Notes under the pieces: model-generated | Database searches by the model: none | What the model saw: the letters and a program-made list of their open reading frames with translations, nothing else | Told to the model about the DNA's origin: nothing | Shown here: piece by piece, positions 12,513 to 25,344 of the stretch | Layout: every line of letters starts with the position of its first letter | Position numbering within the stretch: position 1 is the stretch's first letter | Position numbers and translations under genes: made by a program | Assembly: GCA_038087875.1 (NCBI GenBank) | Contig: CM075977.1 | Coordinates: forward strand, 18,166,001-18,230,000 | Origin: Malacoraja senta | Taxonomy: Eukaryota | Length of the DNA: 64,000 bases | Reading direction: 5' to 3'

Positions 12513-14783
12513 GTTAGTTATTGATTCTTCTTGTGGGATCTTGCTGTGTGAAAAATGGCTATTAAAACTCCCGAAAACAATGTGATTTGAGCACTTCTAA
12601 AATCATTCATTAGTTGTTAAGTACCTCAGACATTCTGGCAGTGATATATACATATAATTAAAAGGGAAAATCTGCAGATTCTGGAGATTTGGAATCAAAC
12701 TGAAAATGCTGGAAACAGTTAAGAGATCAGGTAGCAGACACCTCTCCACCGATGCTGCTTAATATGCTGACCATCTTTACACATTATCTGCTTTTTATAC
12801 ATCACAACTTCCATCTTTAATCATGAAAGAGTGATTGTTACATGGGACAAAGCATGAAATCAGCATTGAATTAAAAAATAAAAACAAAAATAAGATATAA
12901 TAATTTATTATTATATCGCATGGGATCCAGGGAGAGTTAGCTGACTGGATAGAGAATTGGCATCATGGAAGGAAGCAGAAAGTCATGGAGGAAAGTTGAT
13001 TTTCAGACTGGAGGCTTGTGACTAGAGAAGTGCCATCTACCTCATTAGAGACCTATATTTAATCGGGCTTTATCATGTACAAAATGTTATACCATTTATC
13101 ATTTATCCGTATATTGTGGATGACTTGATTGTAATCATGTACAGTCTATTCTTTGACTGGATAGCACGCAACAAAAGTTATTCACTGTACCTCGATACAC
13201 GTGACAAACATAAACTGAACTGTCTGAAGAAGGGCAACAACCCAAAACAGCACCCAACCTTTTTCTCCAGAGATGCTGCCTGACCCACTGAGTTACTTCA
13301 GAGTAAGGGAATTAGGAACCAGAGGGTATAGTTTAAAGTGAGAGAGGAAAGAATTAATAGGAACCTGAGCGGCAATTATGGAATATATGGAATGAATTGC
13401 CAGAGGAGTTAGTTGAGGCAGGTACTATAAAAACGTATTTAATACATTTGTACAGGTACATGTATGGCAAATGTTTAGACAGATAGGAGTCAGGTAACAC
13501 AGGCAGGTGGAACTAGCATAGATGGGGCTTCTTGGTCGACATGGGCAAGTTGGATGGCCTGTTTCCATACTCTATAGCTCTATGACTATCTTTACTCATT
13601 ACATTACAACCTTACTATTGGAAGTGGTTGAGGTAAACAGCACGAATACTGTATATTCAAAGGAACAATTGTTAAATTAAGTGAGGGAAATACAAATAGG
13701 AACAGTTTTTTTAATAGGTTAAGATGAATTAATGTGAGAAAAGGACGATATGGAGTCTATCAATCACTTGAACATGTTGTGGTGAAAGGCCTGTTTCTGA
13801 GCTGTAAATGTGATGTACGTCAATTTTCAAGTAGAACAGTTGATCGGGTAACTATCGTGGGACTTTATTTCTTTCCAAAGCTGGCAACATTCTGAATCAG
13901 AATCTTCTTGATCATTTGTTCATGAATACAATGCATAAGCAAGCCAAAGAGCAATAAATATGATCTCTATTGCTTGTCAACATCAGGAGAAGTATTGGGG
14001 CAAAATCAATACCTGTCTGTGACATGCAGTCTTAACTAATTTTTTTGATACTCTAAGGACTTTGGAGACTTCTGAGGAGATGTGGTTGGCTGAAGCAGTC
14101 CTGGCTAGTGTTGAAACAACCCTATTCTGTGTGTGAGATGGCACAGTGACAACTGTTTGTCCAAACAAGTTTCAAATGAAGTGAAGCATTGGACACTTCT
14201 CTGTTCTCATTCCAGGCTGCTGCAATCAGAGAGCTTTATGTGTAAGTTTGGAAAGTAATTTGGATGAGAGCAAAATTGCTAAATCTGTCCAGTCCGAATG
14301 TTAGCCAATGTCTTTATATGCTTCAGGTGCTCCTTAATGTTAAATTCCTTCAAATTATTTCTCATTGTAAGCATTGATATCTTAAAAATATTACATTGCT
14401 ATTTAATCGTATCTTAGATACTGCCATTAAGAAGTAAATTTATAGTAAATCCAATCCAGTCCAGAACAGTAATAAGGGGTGATTGAACTCCTAGAGGGAT
14501 CATCTTTAAGGTAAACTGTTAAACAAATACCCTATTTGCCCTCTCTATTTTGAAGAACATGACAATTATACTGAGTATCCTGGCAATATTTGCTCCTTAC
14601 TCAGCATTGCAGAAAATAACTAAAAATAAGATAGAGTAGCACTTGACTAGGTGGCATCTTGAACACTGGAAGTTGACTGCATTGTTGTCTACCTATGTGT
14701 ACAGATAGGCAATGACCACTCTCATGTTTCACAAAAGCTCTGACTGATATGTGTATGAAGGAACTCCAGATGCTAGTTTATAC

Positions 14784-15092
14784 CAAAGATCTTAGAGCGG
14801 AGCAATATAGACCACTCCTGCAAAATCCAATGGACTGACGTGTAGTACGCAACGGAGCGTAACTTCTGCCATTTCAGTAATCCCGACCCGACTGCAGTTA
14901 TACCTCTCGCAGTGTAATCAGCGTTGCGGGGGAACAGTTTGCGTGTTTTTAAATGTTTTAAATGTTTTTAAAATGTTCTTTTTAAATGGCTCATGTCCTG
15001 TGTTTGAATTGATTTTTGTATTAAACTTGCACTCTGTAATTCATCTAATCCCATTGTTCACAACTGCTTGTATGCACCCATAAAGGCAAGTA

Positions 15093-15156
<64 letters not shown>

Positions 15157-16481
15157 ATATATATATATATATGTGTGATACACACATATATAAATGTGAT
15201 ATAGATGCATATAATTATATAACACACACATCCACACATATATTTCTTTCTAGCTTCTTATATATATAAACACATATATATTCATTATATATATATATAA
15301 TACATAAATATATGTGTGACATATATGTACATATATAAATAACACACATATATATATTCTCTTGTTTCTTTCTTGTGATCTCTAATTATTTGTTGAGCAA
15401 CCTTTTTCTTTCTTTATTTCATTCATTCATTCAACCTCTCTCTCTCTCTCCCTCTACGAAATCCTAATATTGTGAATAAAATATCAATGAACACAAAGGC
15501 TGGCGGGACAGGATCAAGGGTTTGGTTTAGTCCAGGGGTCGGCAACCTTTTTTGCATATTGTAACTATCGTAACGTTTAAGAAACATTTAGACAGGTACA
15601 TGGATCGGACAGGTATAGAGTACAGTTAGAAGTTCACAACATGATGGTAGCCTGATATTTGTCAAAATTGTCTGCAATTTGGTAATCACACTCTGAGAAG
15701 CTTTGATACAAAAAATGGGAACAGATAACATTGCACTCAATAAATTCGGAAACGTATTGACATTAAGGTGTAGGAAGGAACTGCAGATGCTGGTTTAAAC
15801 TGAAGATAGACACATAAAGCTGGAGCAACTCAGCGAGTCAGACAGCATCTCTGGAGAAAAGGAACAGGCGAAGTCGAGACCCTTCTTCTGACCCGCTGAG
15901 TTACTCCAGCTTTTCGTGTCTATCCTTGACATTAAGGTACATCATCGTGAAGATCGAAGAACTGCCCTGAGTTATGTCTGATCCAGCACAGAGGATTTGA
16001 GGTTTTGTTAGGGTCGCAGGTAATCCTTTAGCAAGGAAAATCCGTCAACCCTCCGCAAGATTAGCTCAGTCTAAAACCCCAGATAAAACGTTCGGGGGGG
16101 GGGGATGTACAGGAGATGAATCGCAGAGGTGCCTCCAAAGTAATTCCGATAGTTTTAATTACTGCAGTCTTTCTTACTATTGTTAGAGCGCTTATACATT
16201 TTTAAAAAAGAAGAGGAGCAGAGGTGCCTCCAAAGTAATTCCGATAGTTTTAATTACCGAAGTCTTTTTAACTATTGTTAGAGCGCTTATACTTTTGCGC
16301 TTATACTTTATACTTAAAAGAATTAAAGTGTGGAACTGCTGCATTTACGAAGAACCCTGCAATTATAGTGGAGCATTACGCTCCGCATGTAGATGATGCC
16401 GCCATGACAGAAGCCGGTTACCCATCAGCTACTGTGGCTTTTTCGCGGAGTGAACCATCTTGCTCCGCTCTAAGATCTTTG
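14784..16481. mobile_element. Non-autonomous TIR DNA transposon with 8-bp TSD (P-superfamily-like or hAT)
   Basis: Perfect 22-bp TIR caaagatcttagagcggagcaa. TSD gtttatac at 14776-14783 and 16482-16489. Confidence 0.8.
15090..15360. repeat. (TA)n microsatellite and degenerate TA/CA tract
   Basis: Directly visible. Confidence 0.95.
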
Positions 16482-17794
16482 GTTTATACCACTATGGTTA
16501 ACAATGGGCCATTATGGGCTCCACCTTTCTTGAGATCATCAGTTGCTGGCCCTGATTTGTTCTGACCTTTTCTCAGTCTGAAGAAGGTTTCAACCCAACA
16601 CTGTTCTCTGTTCATTTTCTCCAGAGATGCTGCCTGACACGCTGAGATACTCCAGCATTCTGTGTCTATCTTTAATTCTGACTGATAACCCAATCTGCCT
16701 CAACACTCAGGTGGTTGTTGATCATGAGAGGAATTTCCTGATAGCGAATGCCAAGCACGCATGATGCCTTAGTCTCAGGGAGACCACAATACCAGGCATT
16801 TCCCGCAGCCACCACTGTCCAGATCGATAGAAAATGGAGGACAAGGCTATTTCTCAGCCCTGGCCTATCAGCTCTGTGTCAATAGCAACAAAAGTCAGTT
16901 GAGCTGCAGAATCACTGTGAAAAAAGACATTGGTCTTCTAAAAATGAGATTCCAATATAGCAGCTGTCTTGGGACGCACTAGAGCTTCGACCCAGCCAAT
17001 GTAAGGACTATATTAAGGTGTGCTATATGCTACGCATCCTAACAATTTAACAACACCAGCCAGTGCTGGAGGAAGAGCAGCTTGCAGAAGCTGAGCACAA
17101 AACACCGGCAGGAGAGCATCAGGGTCAAAATGAACAGATGGCTGAGAGGCTGTTGGAGGAGAAACCTAATCATTTCACCTTTCAACTGCCAACAAGAGTA
17201 GCATTGAATACTTTGGCAATAAGAGATTCCTTCACCTAGAGATGTTTCTCACAAGAAGCCTGCTGAATTATGGCCTTTCATTCAAACAGTTTTAGTTTTT
17301 CTGGACACCAAAGTTCACCAACAATCAACCAAGACCCCTGTGCATTAAAGAGGTGTCATAATCTTTTTCACCTTTCTTTGCAAGGTTATCTGTATTTATC
17401 AGCACATCAAGGCAACATTCCATGATTTAATCACTGAAACAGCTTGGCACAACTGATTTCAATGGTTGCATCTCACCCTGACGTAATTTTGAGGACATAA
17501 AATTCATTATTGCATTGCCCGATTGAGTGGGACTTTTCATGCCACAAAGACTGCTGGGGACCTTTTTGTCACACTCTTCCTATGGTGACAGCAGCTTTTT
17601 TCTTGGTTTAACTTGGTACTTAGGATCAATGCTCAACCACACATCTCTCTTCTAAAAGCTTTCATTTCCCTTTAAGTGAAAAAAATAGCCTTCTCCCCTG
17701 CAACCATTCTTTCCACCATGGCATCCACAATATCGATGCCCAGCATCAGACTATTGCCCCTCTCAGATATTTCAATTGAACCTGGTCCTGTTGG

Positions 17795-18360
17795 GAAAAC
17801 TGTGTCCTGCATTTGTGAGCAATTTTGGGCAGCATACCCGAGGAAGGATGTGCTGACTGGAGAAAGTCCAGAGGCAGTTTACAAGAATGATCCCAGGAAT
17901 GAGTAGGTTAACATATGATGAGCATTTTACGGCACTGGGCCTGTACTTGCTGGAGCTTAGAAGAATGAGGGGGGACCTCATTGAATCGTACAGAATAGTG
18001 AAAGGCTTGGATAGAGTGGATGTGGAGAGGATGTTTCCACTAGTGGGAGCGTCTAGGACTAAAGATCATAGCCTCAGAATGAAAAGCATTCTTTTAGGAA
18101 GGAGATGAGGAGGAATTTCTTCAGTCAGAGGGTGGTGAATCTGTGGAATTCTTTGCCACAGAAGGCTGTGGAGGCTAAGTCAGTGGATATATTTAAGGCA
18201 GAGATAGATAGATTTTTGATTAGTATGGGTGTCAGAGGTTATGGGGAGAAGGCAGGAGAATGGAGTTAGGAGGGAGAGATAGATCAGCCATGATTGTATG
18301 GCGGAGTAGACTTCATGGGCTGAATGGCCTTAATTTGCTCCTATCACTTATGATCTTATG
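17795..18360 (+). mobile_element. CR1 3' fragment
   Basis: MIPGMSRLTYDE..LGLY.LE.RRMRGDLIE peptide and a CR1 3' UTR. Confidence 0.85.
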
Positions 18361-18739
18361 AACAGAGTAAAATCCAATTTCAAGGCCAAAATATCAAGTT
18401 GTTATTTCCTGGTCCTTTTTGCTTCCTCCATTATGAGGTTTCTCTTAATCTACTCTGTATTCACAATCTCGTCACAATCTCTTCTATTCCAGAGAGAACA
18501 AGTCTAATTTTACAAGTGCATCATAATTGAAGCATCACTTTGGTAAACTTCTTCTGCACCCTCTCCAAATCCTTTTACAATAGATCTGTTGTAGCTGAAC
18601 CTATGTTTCCTGGAGAAGGCACAAAGTGCTAGAGTAACTCACTGGGTCAGGTATCATCTCTTGAGAACATGGATATTGAATCAGAACCCTTCCTCAGACT
18701 GATTGTAGGGGGCAGGGGGGGCATGGAAAGAAAGCTGGA

Positions 18740-19812
18740 AGAGGGGGATCTCATAGAGGTGTACAAAATCATGAAAGGAATAGATCGGGTAATGTATGGA
18801 GTATCTTGCCCAGAGTAGGGGAATCGAGGACCAGAGCACATAGGTTTAAGGTGAAGGGGAAAAGATTTAATAGGAATCCGAGGGGTAACCTTTTCACACA
18901 AAGGGTGGTGGGTGTATGGAACCAGCTGCCAGAGGAGGTAGTTGAGGCTGGGACTATCCCAAGGGTGGGGAACCTGCGGCCTTAAGGCCGCATGTGGCCT
19001 TCTATGCCATTAAGTGTGGCCTTTTGAATTAATCCAAATTTTGTAGAACAAATCATTTTATTTTTATTAATATGTTTTTGTTCGTCTTTTATTATTTTTA
19101 TTTTAATCTTAAAATGAACATATTTAAAATACCAAAGCGTAAAAGAAAATTCAACTAAATAATCCTCCCCGACTGACGACCACAATTAAAACATTAGTAA
19201 GTCATGATTATGCTCATGCTTAGTTCTAATGCGACTTTAGAATGTACATTAACTTTGACATGCACGAAAAATGCTTTCTTGTTTTTCAACCACTTATTGC
19301 TGCGAATCTACATTCTCCTACCTAACCCAAATCAAGACGCCCTTAAGGTCACAAATGACAGATACCCATCTAGAAGATCAGCTGAAACTGCGTACCTCCA
19401 TGTTGCAACCAAATATTCAAATGCTTTCCCACAAAAAGCAATCACAACAAAGTCATTAAAAGGTTAATTAACTTTAGAATTAACAATTTTTTTTCATTTT
19501 CTTGAAGTTAGTACATAGTAGTTAGATTTTTACAAAATAATGTACATTTTGAAGTATATCTAATTGAAATTTCTTGAATGCGGCCTTATTAGATTACAGC
19601 TAACTTCATGTGGCATTCCAACATGAAAAGGTTTCCCACCCCTGGACTATCCCATCGTTTAAGAAACAGTTAGATAGGTACATTGATAGGACAGGTTTGG
19701 AGTAATGTTGAATAAGCGCAGGAACGTGGGACTAGTGTAGCTGGGACAGTGTGGGCACGTTGGGCCAAAGGGCCTGTTTCCACACTGTATCACTCTATGG
19801 CTCTATGACTCC
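18740..19812 (+). mobile_element. CR1 3' fragment interrupted by the hAT element
   Basis: GDLIEVYKIMKGID peptide and (ctctatga)n tail. Confidence 0.8.
18960..19644 (+). mobile_element. Internally deleted hAT (Charlie/Buster-type) transposon inserted in a CR1 fragment
   Basis: TIRs caagggtggggaacct and aggtttcccacccctg. 8-bp TSD gactatcc at 18952-18959 and 19645-19652. Keeps the hAT C-terminal dimerisation peptide FSTTYCCESTFS..IKTPLRSQMTDTHL..KQSQQSH (19271-19459). Confidence 0.92.
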
Positions 19813-21669
19813 AGAAGAAGGGAAGGAAATGCCTGGCAGGTAATACAGCAGGTATCACAGAGAGGGCTCAGTGAGAGAGGGTCTCACAGAATTCCTGTCG
19901 GAGAGAGGAGGAGAACTTTTCCAAAGTAGGCATATCTTGAGGAGATTTTGCAGTGAAATGTACAAAAAAGGAACTGCGGATGCTGGTTTATAATAGAGAT
20001 ACAAGGTGCTAGAGTAACTTTGAATGCCTTTGTCCTGCTGCTCCTCACTTCCAGCTTTCTTCCCCTGCCCCTCCACCCCTCGCCGCCCCCCCTCCCCCCC
20101 CCCCACCACCACAAATAAGTCTGCAGATGAGTCCTGACCCAAATTTTCACCTATCCATGTTCTTTAGGGATGCTCTCTGACTTTGTCTTCTTTTGTAAAA
20201 CAGCATCTGCAGTTCCTTGGTTCCATTTTTCCATGTTTTCTGGATGCGCATTATGATTGTTTTGCTTTGTACTCTATTCCTCCATTTATCAAACCAGGAT
20301 CCCCAATCTTTTTTTAACTGCCTATTCAACCTGCTCTGTCACTTTCAATAATATATGTGCACACATTCTCTGATCTCTCTGTTCATGTATTCCATTTAGA
20401 ATCGTGACCTGTCATATTGTTTTTGTCACTCTTCGTATTGAAATCTACTATATGTGCACTTCATCTAATATTTTGCATACTAATACTGAAATGTAGTTAT
20501 TTCCCCACCAACAAGGTTAAACTGAATGGTATCCAGTTACCAATTTAAATTTACAGATTTAAATTTATGGATTTAAATTAAGATTGTGACTAAAATACAA
20601 GGAAAGTGGATTAGAGTCCTTACAGGAAGTAGGGCAAAAGAAGAAGGATGGACATGATAGCTGCAAGAATCCATGGGCTTGTCGTGGATATTGGTTGCTA
20701 ACATTCTCTGAAAGAGAGAATTCTGGAAAGAGAAGGGAAGGGAAAAGTGTGGAGATTATGCAGCTGCAAGTGAGAGGAGCAGCAGCAAAATTATAATGGA
20801 AATTAAAGATGAAGAGGGCAGCTTCTGTGCTGTTGAAATAGGAAATGTTTTACATATCCCACAGAGTCAATGAAAGCATTAATTTTAAATCTTATTTAGC
20901 CCAGAGCAGTCAAGACGCCACTGAATAGTGGGAGAGACCAGAACTTAGCAAAATAGATGTTCTTCATGGATGTTGTTAATATGCAATTCCAAAAGACATT
21001 TGATGCATTTCTTCACAAGTCCTGCCAGCTCAAGTCCATTGAAATTAAGTCATATTATTTTCCCAGGAAGGAAACTGGCTGAGCAGCAGGAAATAGAGAG
21101 TAGAGCTTTTTATAAGTACTTCAATTGGCAGCATATCACTCGTCAGTGTTGGGGCCGCAACCCCATATTTTAAAGACGGCGTTGATGGAAAAGGCTTGTA
21201 TCCAGATTTGCTGATTGCTGTCATTGCAGTGTAAACAGTACACATGGAATCCATATATTGTAGAGATATTCAATGCATTGTGTGAATTAAGGTACATGGA
21301 ATTAGAGGATATGGGGTTAGAGGGATATGGTCCAAATGCAGGCAAACAGGACAAACGTGGATTGGACATATTGCGTGGTGTGGGCAAGTTGGGCCAAAGG
21401 GCTTGTTTCCATAATGTATGACTCTATGACTCTCTAACTGTGCAAACGTATTTCAAGGTGGGCAAATTGGAGTACAATACTGAATCTGAAAAGAAGGCAA
21501 TAGTCTACTCTCTAAATGGTGCATGGTAGTATTAGCTGAGGTCCAACAAGACTAAGATGTATGTTAGCATTAAAATGTTAAAGTGGATGGCATAGAACTG
21601 GTGTGTCCAGTTGATGATGGTTGGTATAGACTTGTTGGATCAATGGGCTTGTTTCTAGGCTGTATCTCT

Positions 21670-22020
21670 GAACCTGTCCTTTTACTTCTTCCATTCTTAC
21701 CATCCAGAGACCCAATGAAGCAACAATTGGCTTACATGTCTTCCAATCTAGTATGCTGCATTCGGCGTTCCCAATGTGAACTCCTCTACAGTAGATGAAC
21801 CAAGTACAGATTGGGTGACTTGTTTGTGAAGCATCTACACTCAATCTGCAGGAAGGACCGCGTTTCCAGTTGCTTGCCATTTTTATTCACTATCCCACTT
21901 CTAATATGATCCCACTTCTAATGTGGCTTCCTGAACTGTTAAAACAAAACAAGCTTGAATAATAACCCATCGTCTTTCTTCTAGGCACAGTGTATCCTTC
22001 TGACTTTCTCTAATTTCAGA
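21670..22020 (+). mobile_element. Old Penelope GIY-YIG fragment
   Basis: SSNLVCCIRRSQCELLY peptide, followed by decayed sequence resembling the 31140-31330 segment in the opposite orientation. Confidence 0.65.
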
Positions 22021-22989
22021 TAGCATAGTCCTTCTTCCATTCTATATTTCCAAATGTCATCTTATTCTCTGTTCCACTCTGTGTATAGTTTGGTCTGCCA
22101 AACATGTCCCAGGATACCAGAACTACATTAGCAACAGATTACAACATAGCAGTTTATTGCCCTAGCTGCCTTGAATCACCCCTTTGTTCTACCTACATTT
22201 TGCTGCTATCTAGACTACCTCATTTCTCTTTTTCTCAGGTTTGAAAGTTTCTCATTTGAAATGCTAATTCTCTTCCCACAAATGCTCCCTGACATGCTAC
22301 TGTTGAAAGAATCAATTTTCTTGCATTATTCATTTTATTATCTTACGTACAAATCTAGCCTGCCGGGCAAGTATTCACCACCTTACCATTATCACCTCAT
22401 GATGCAGAACTGGAAGCTTGATGTGTTGGTAACTGTTCCATTAAGCCATTTTGACTCATTCTATCTCAGTCTCTCTTTTGTGCTACACATCATTCCCCTG
22501 CCCCAACCGCAAATTCACTCCTACTGAAAGCTAACTTGCATCTGAAGAAGTCTGAAGAAAGGTCTCAACCCGAAACTTCACCAATCTGTGTTCTCCAGGG
22601 ATGCTGCCTGACTTGCTGAATTACTCCAGCACTTTGTTTCTACTTGCATCTCTTTCTTTCCCTATGCTGACAAATGGTCACAGTATGAAACATTGACCAT
22701 TTCCCTTTCCACAAATGTTACTTGAACTGCTGTCTTTTTCCGGCATTTTCTGGTTTTTTTACACAAAATAGGGTTTCATTTCCTAGAATCTAAAAAGCGA
22801 TTGTGTGATTAGATTGTTTTTAATTCCAAATATTAAGCAGAACTGACAGGATACATGAAAAAAATATTTATCCTCGTTACGAGACGTAGCATCATGCAGT
22901 TCCAGTGCAAGGAGTGGGAGTGGAGGGCAATTGCAGTATCATCCAAAAGTCTGAACGATGTCTTTCCGGAATTAAATTACGACATTTCA

Positions 22990-23238
22990 GGGTGGCACGG
23001 TGGCGTAGCGGTAGAGGTACTGCCTTAAAGCAGTCTATACGGAGTTTGTACATTCTCCCTGTGATCTGCATGGCTTTTATCCAAGATCTTCAGTTTCCTA
23101 CCACTCTCCAAAAACATACAGGTACGTAGGTTTGGCTTGGTATAAATGTAAAATTGTCCCTAGTGTGTGTAGGGTAGTGTTAATGTGCGGGATCGGTGCT
23201 GACTCGTTGGGTCAGCTGTATCTCTAAACTAAACTAAA
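22990..23238 (+). mobile_element. HE1-like tRNA-derived SINE
   Basis: ggcacggtggcgtagcggtagag box-A head, acggagtttgtacattctccc core and (ctaaa)n tail. Confidence 0.8.
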
Positions 23239-23298
23239 CATTTACATTATAGTGGGGAACACTGAAACTTTTGTCCACAATGGGAATTGAGGCTAGAC

Positions 23299-23594
23299 TT
23301 AGTTTAGTTTAGAGATACAGCATGGAAACAGGTCCTTTGGCCCACTAAATCCGTGCCAACCAACCACCCATTATTAGTTCCATCTTACACACTAGGGACA
23401 ATTTACAGAAGCCAATTAACCTACAAACCTGCATGTTTTAGAATGTGGGAGAAAACTGGAGCAGACGGAGAAAACCCACTTGGTCCCAGGGTGAACGAAC
23501 AAATTCTGTACAGACAACACCAGTAGCTAGGATCAAACCTGGGTCTCCGGCACTGTAAGACAGCAACTCTACAGCTGTGCTATAGAACCGCCAC
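23299..23594 (-). mobile_element. HE1-like SINE, inverted relative to its neighbour
   Basis: Reverse complement of the same family, with a (tttag)n tail. Confidence 0.78.
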
Positions 23595-24099
23595 ATCACT
23601 GATTTTAAATCTGAGGATGACATTTTTTTGTTGTGGAGCATAAGGAAGTGGTAATATGCACAGTAAGCTGACATACCAGCCAGGATCTCAACGAGCTGTG
23701 GTATAGCGCATAGCCCAGTGAGGCAAACTATTTTTATTCCAGCATTTCTAATCGGTATATTGTTTTCTAAAATGGGTTTGATAGATTACTGAGCCCCAAA
23801 TCAAAAGATGTTGATTAGATGAGAGAACAGAGATAGAATTTCAGCAAGTCTTATTGAACGATAAAAAATAGTAAGATTAAACGAGAACTTACCTAAGTTT
23901 GAAGTTTGATCTTTATTTTCATGAGGAGTTACGTAGGTGATTACGTGAAGAAGCCCGTCAGTGCGCCTGCGCGTCAATCTTCAAAGCAGCGGTGTGAAAT
24001 CACAAAAAACAAGAACCGAAGTAATATAGTCTCATACTAAAACGAGTAATACAAGAACTTCCATCTGACCTTTATGATAGAGGGTAAGGTCGTGGCGGG

Positions 24100-24213
24100 C
24101 ACGTAATCACCTACGTAACTCCTCATAAAATAAAGATCAAACTTCAAACTTAGGTAAGTTCTCGTTTAATCTTACTATTTTACTTCTGAGTCACGTGAGT
24201 GACTACGTGAAGA
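24100..24213. repeat. DIRS internal complementary region (ICR), a circle-junction copy
   Basis: 24100-24181 is the reverse complement of 23865-23947 (1-nt indel). 24178-24213 is the reverse complement of 28609-28644 (1 mismatch). The two halves overlap at TTTT. Confidence 0.93.
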
Positions 24214-24381
24214 TTTTAAAGCTTTGTAATTTCATGCCGTGGATCAATCCCGGCTTCTCACTGCATAGATTGACTCGGAACGAGAATAATCAATCATGCA
24301 TTCATAATAACATTTGTACCACAAATGCAGTAATTCATTTCAAGAATGAAATGAATCAGATCCCCTTTAAACCAGAGGAAT

Positions 24382-25340
24382 TTACACAGAACTTAAAATA
24401 GTTTCTGCAAACAACCCCGCATTAACAATAGGCCGATGGTAAAAATGTTGAAACATCAACTCATTGGACCACCCGGCGGCTGCGAGGATATGGTCGACGG
24501 GGCCGTCTTTTGCCCTGGCCGCCGACATTTCTGCTGCCCTAGTCGAGTGAGACGTAAAAACATAAATGTTAATACCAGCAGCTGTTAAGACTTCTTTTAT
24601 CCATCTGGAAATAGTCTGTATTGAAACTCTCTTGTGTGGTTTCTTGTGTGTGATCAAAAACCCAGTTTCCGTATTCTCAAATTCTTTGTGACCTCAATGT
24701 ATTGTAATAAATATGTCTTAATACAAAGACATGGATCATTTGGATATGCTGCCAGCATAATTTTAAATCCTGTCACACCTGGCCTAATTTGCTTTATTAG
24801 GTCATAGATATAGAATGTAACCTTGTCTTCAGTTACTTCCATACTATCTATTTGTAATTTTCCAAGTGTTTGCACTCGTTGTGCTGTCACTCATGCCATA
24901 AACATGAATACTTTCATACTGAGCTTGACCAAAGGTAAAGACACACTTGATAACCATCACGAAGTAGTTTCAGTACCACACTTACATCCCAGATTGTCAC
25001 GTACCTAGGTTTCGGTGGTTTGGAATTAAAGATTCCTTTCATTAGTCTGGAAACAATTGGGTGTGACCCAATTGAGTTTCTTTCTGAATCCAGAACCAAA
25101 TATGAGCTGAATTAATTACACTATAACTCAGACCTTCATCATAATAAAGTTTTGACAGAAATTCTAAACATTTGAAATATCTGCAGTACTTTATTGCACA
25201 TTCTTTTGTACCCAGAACTTTTCCCATTTCTTAATATAAGAAAGGTACTGTTTTTGAGTGCTCTTCCTCCAGGCTGCTGTAAGCATGTCCACAGTATGCT
25301 CAGACAGTCCTCGTCCCAGAAAAGGCATTCTTAAAACCTG
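24382..25340 (-). pseudogene. DIRS tyrosine recombinase, frameshifted
   Basis: ORF pieces GLSYSVINSA, IGSHPIVSRLMKGIFNSKPPKPRY..WDV, TAQRVQTL, TISRWIKEVL..AGI..FTSHSTRAA, ILAAAGWSNE..F..FY. The upstream boundary is approximate. Confidence 0.88.
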
Positions 25341-25344
25341 CAAA

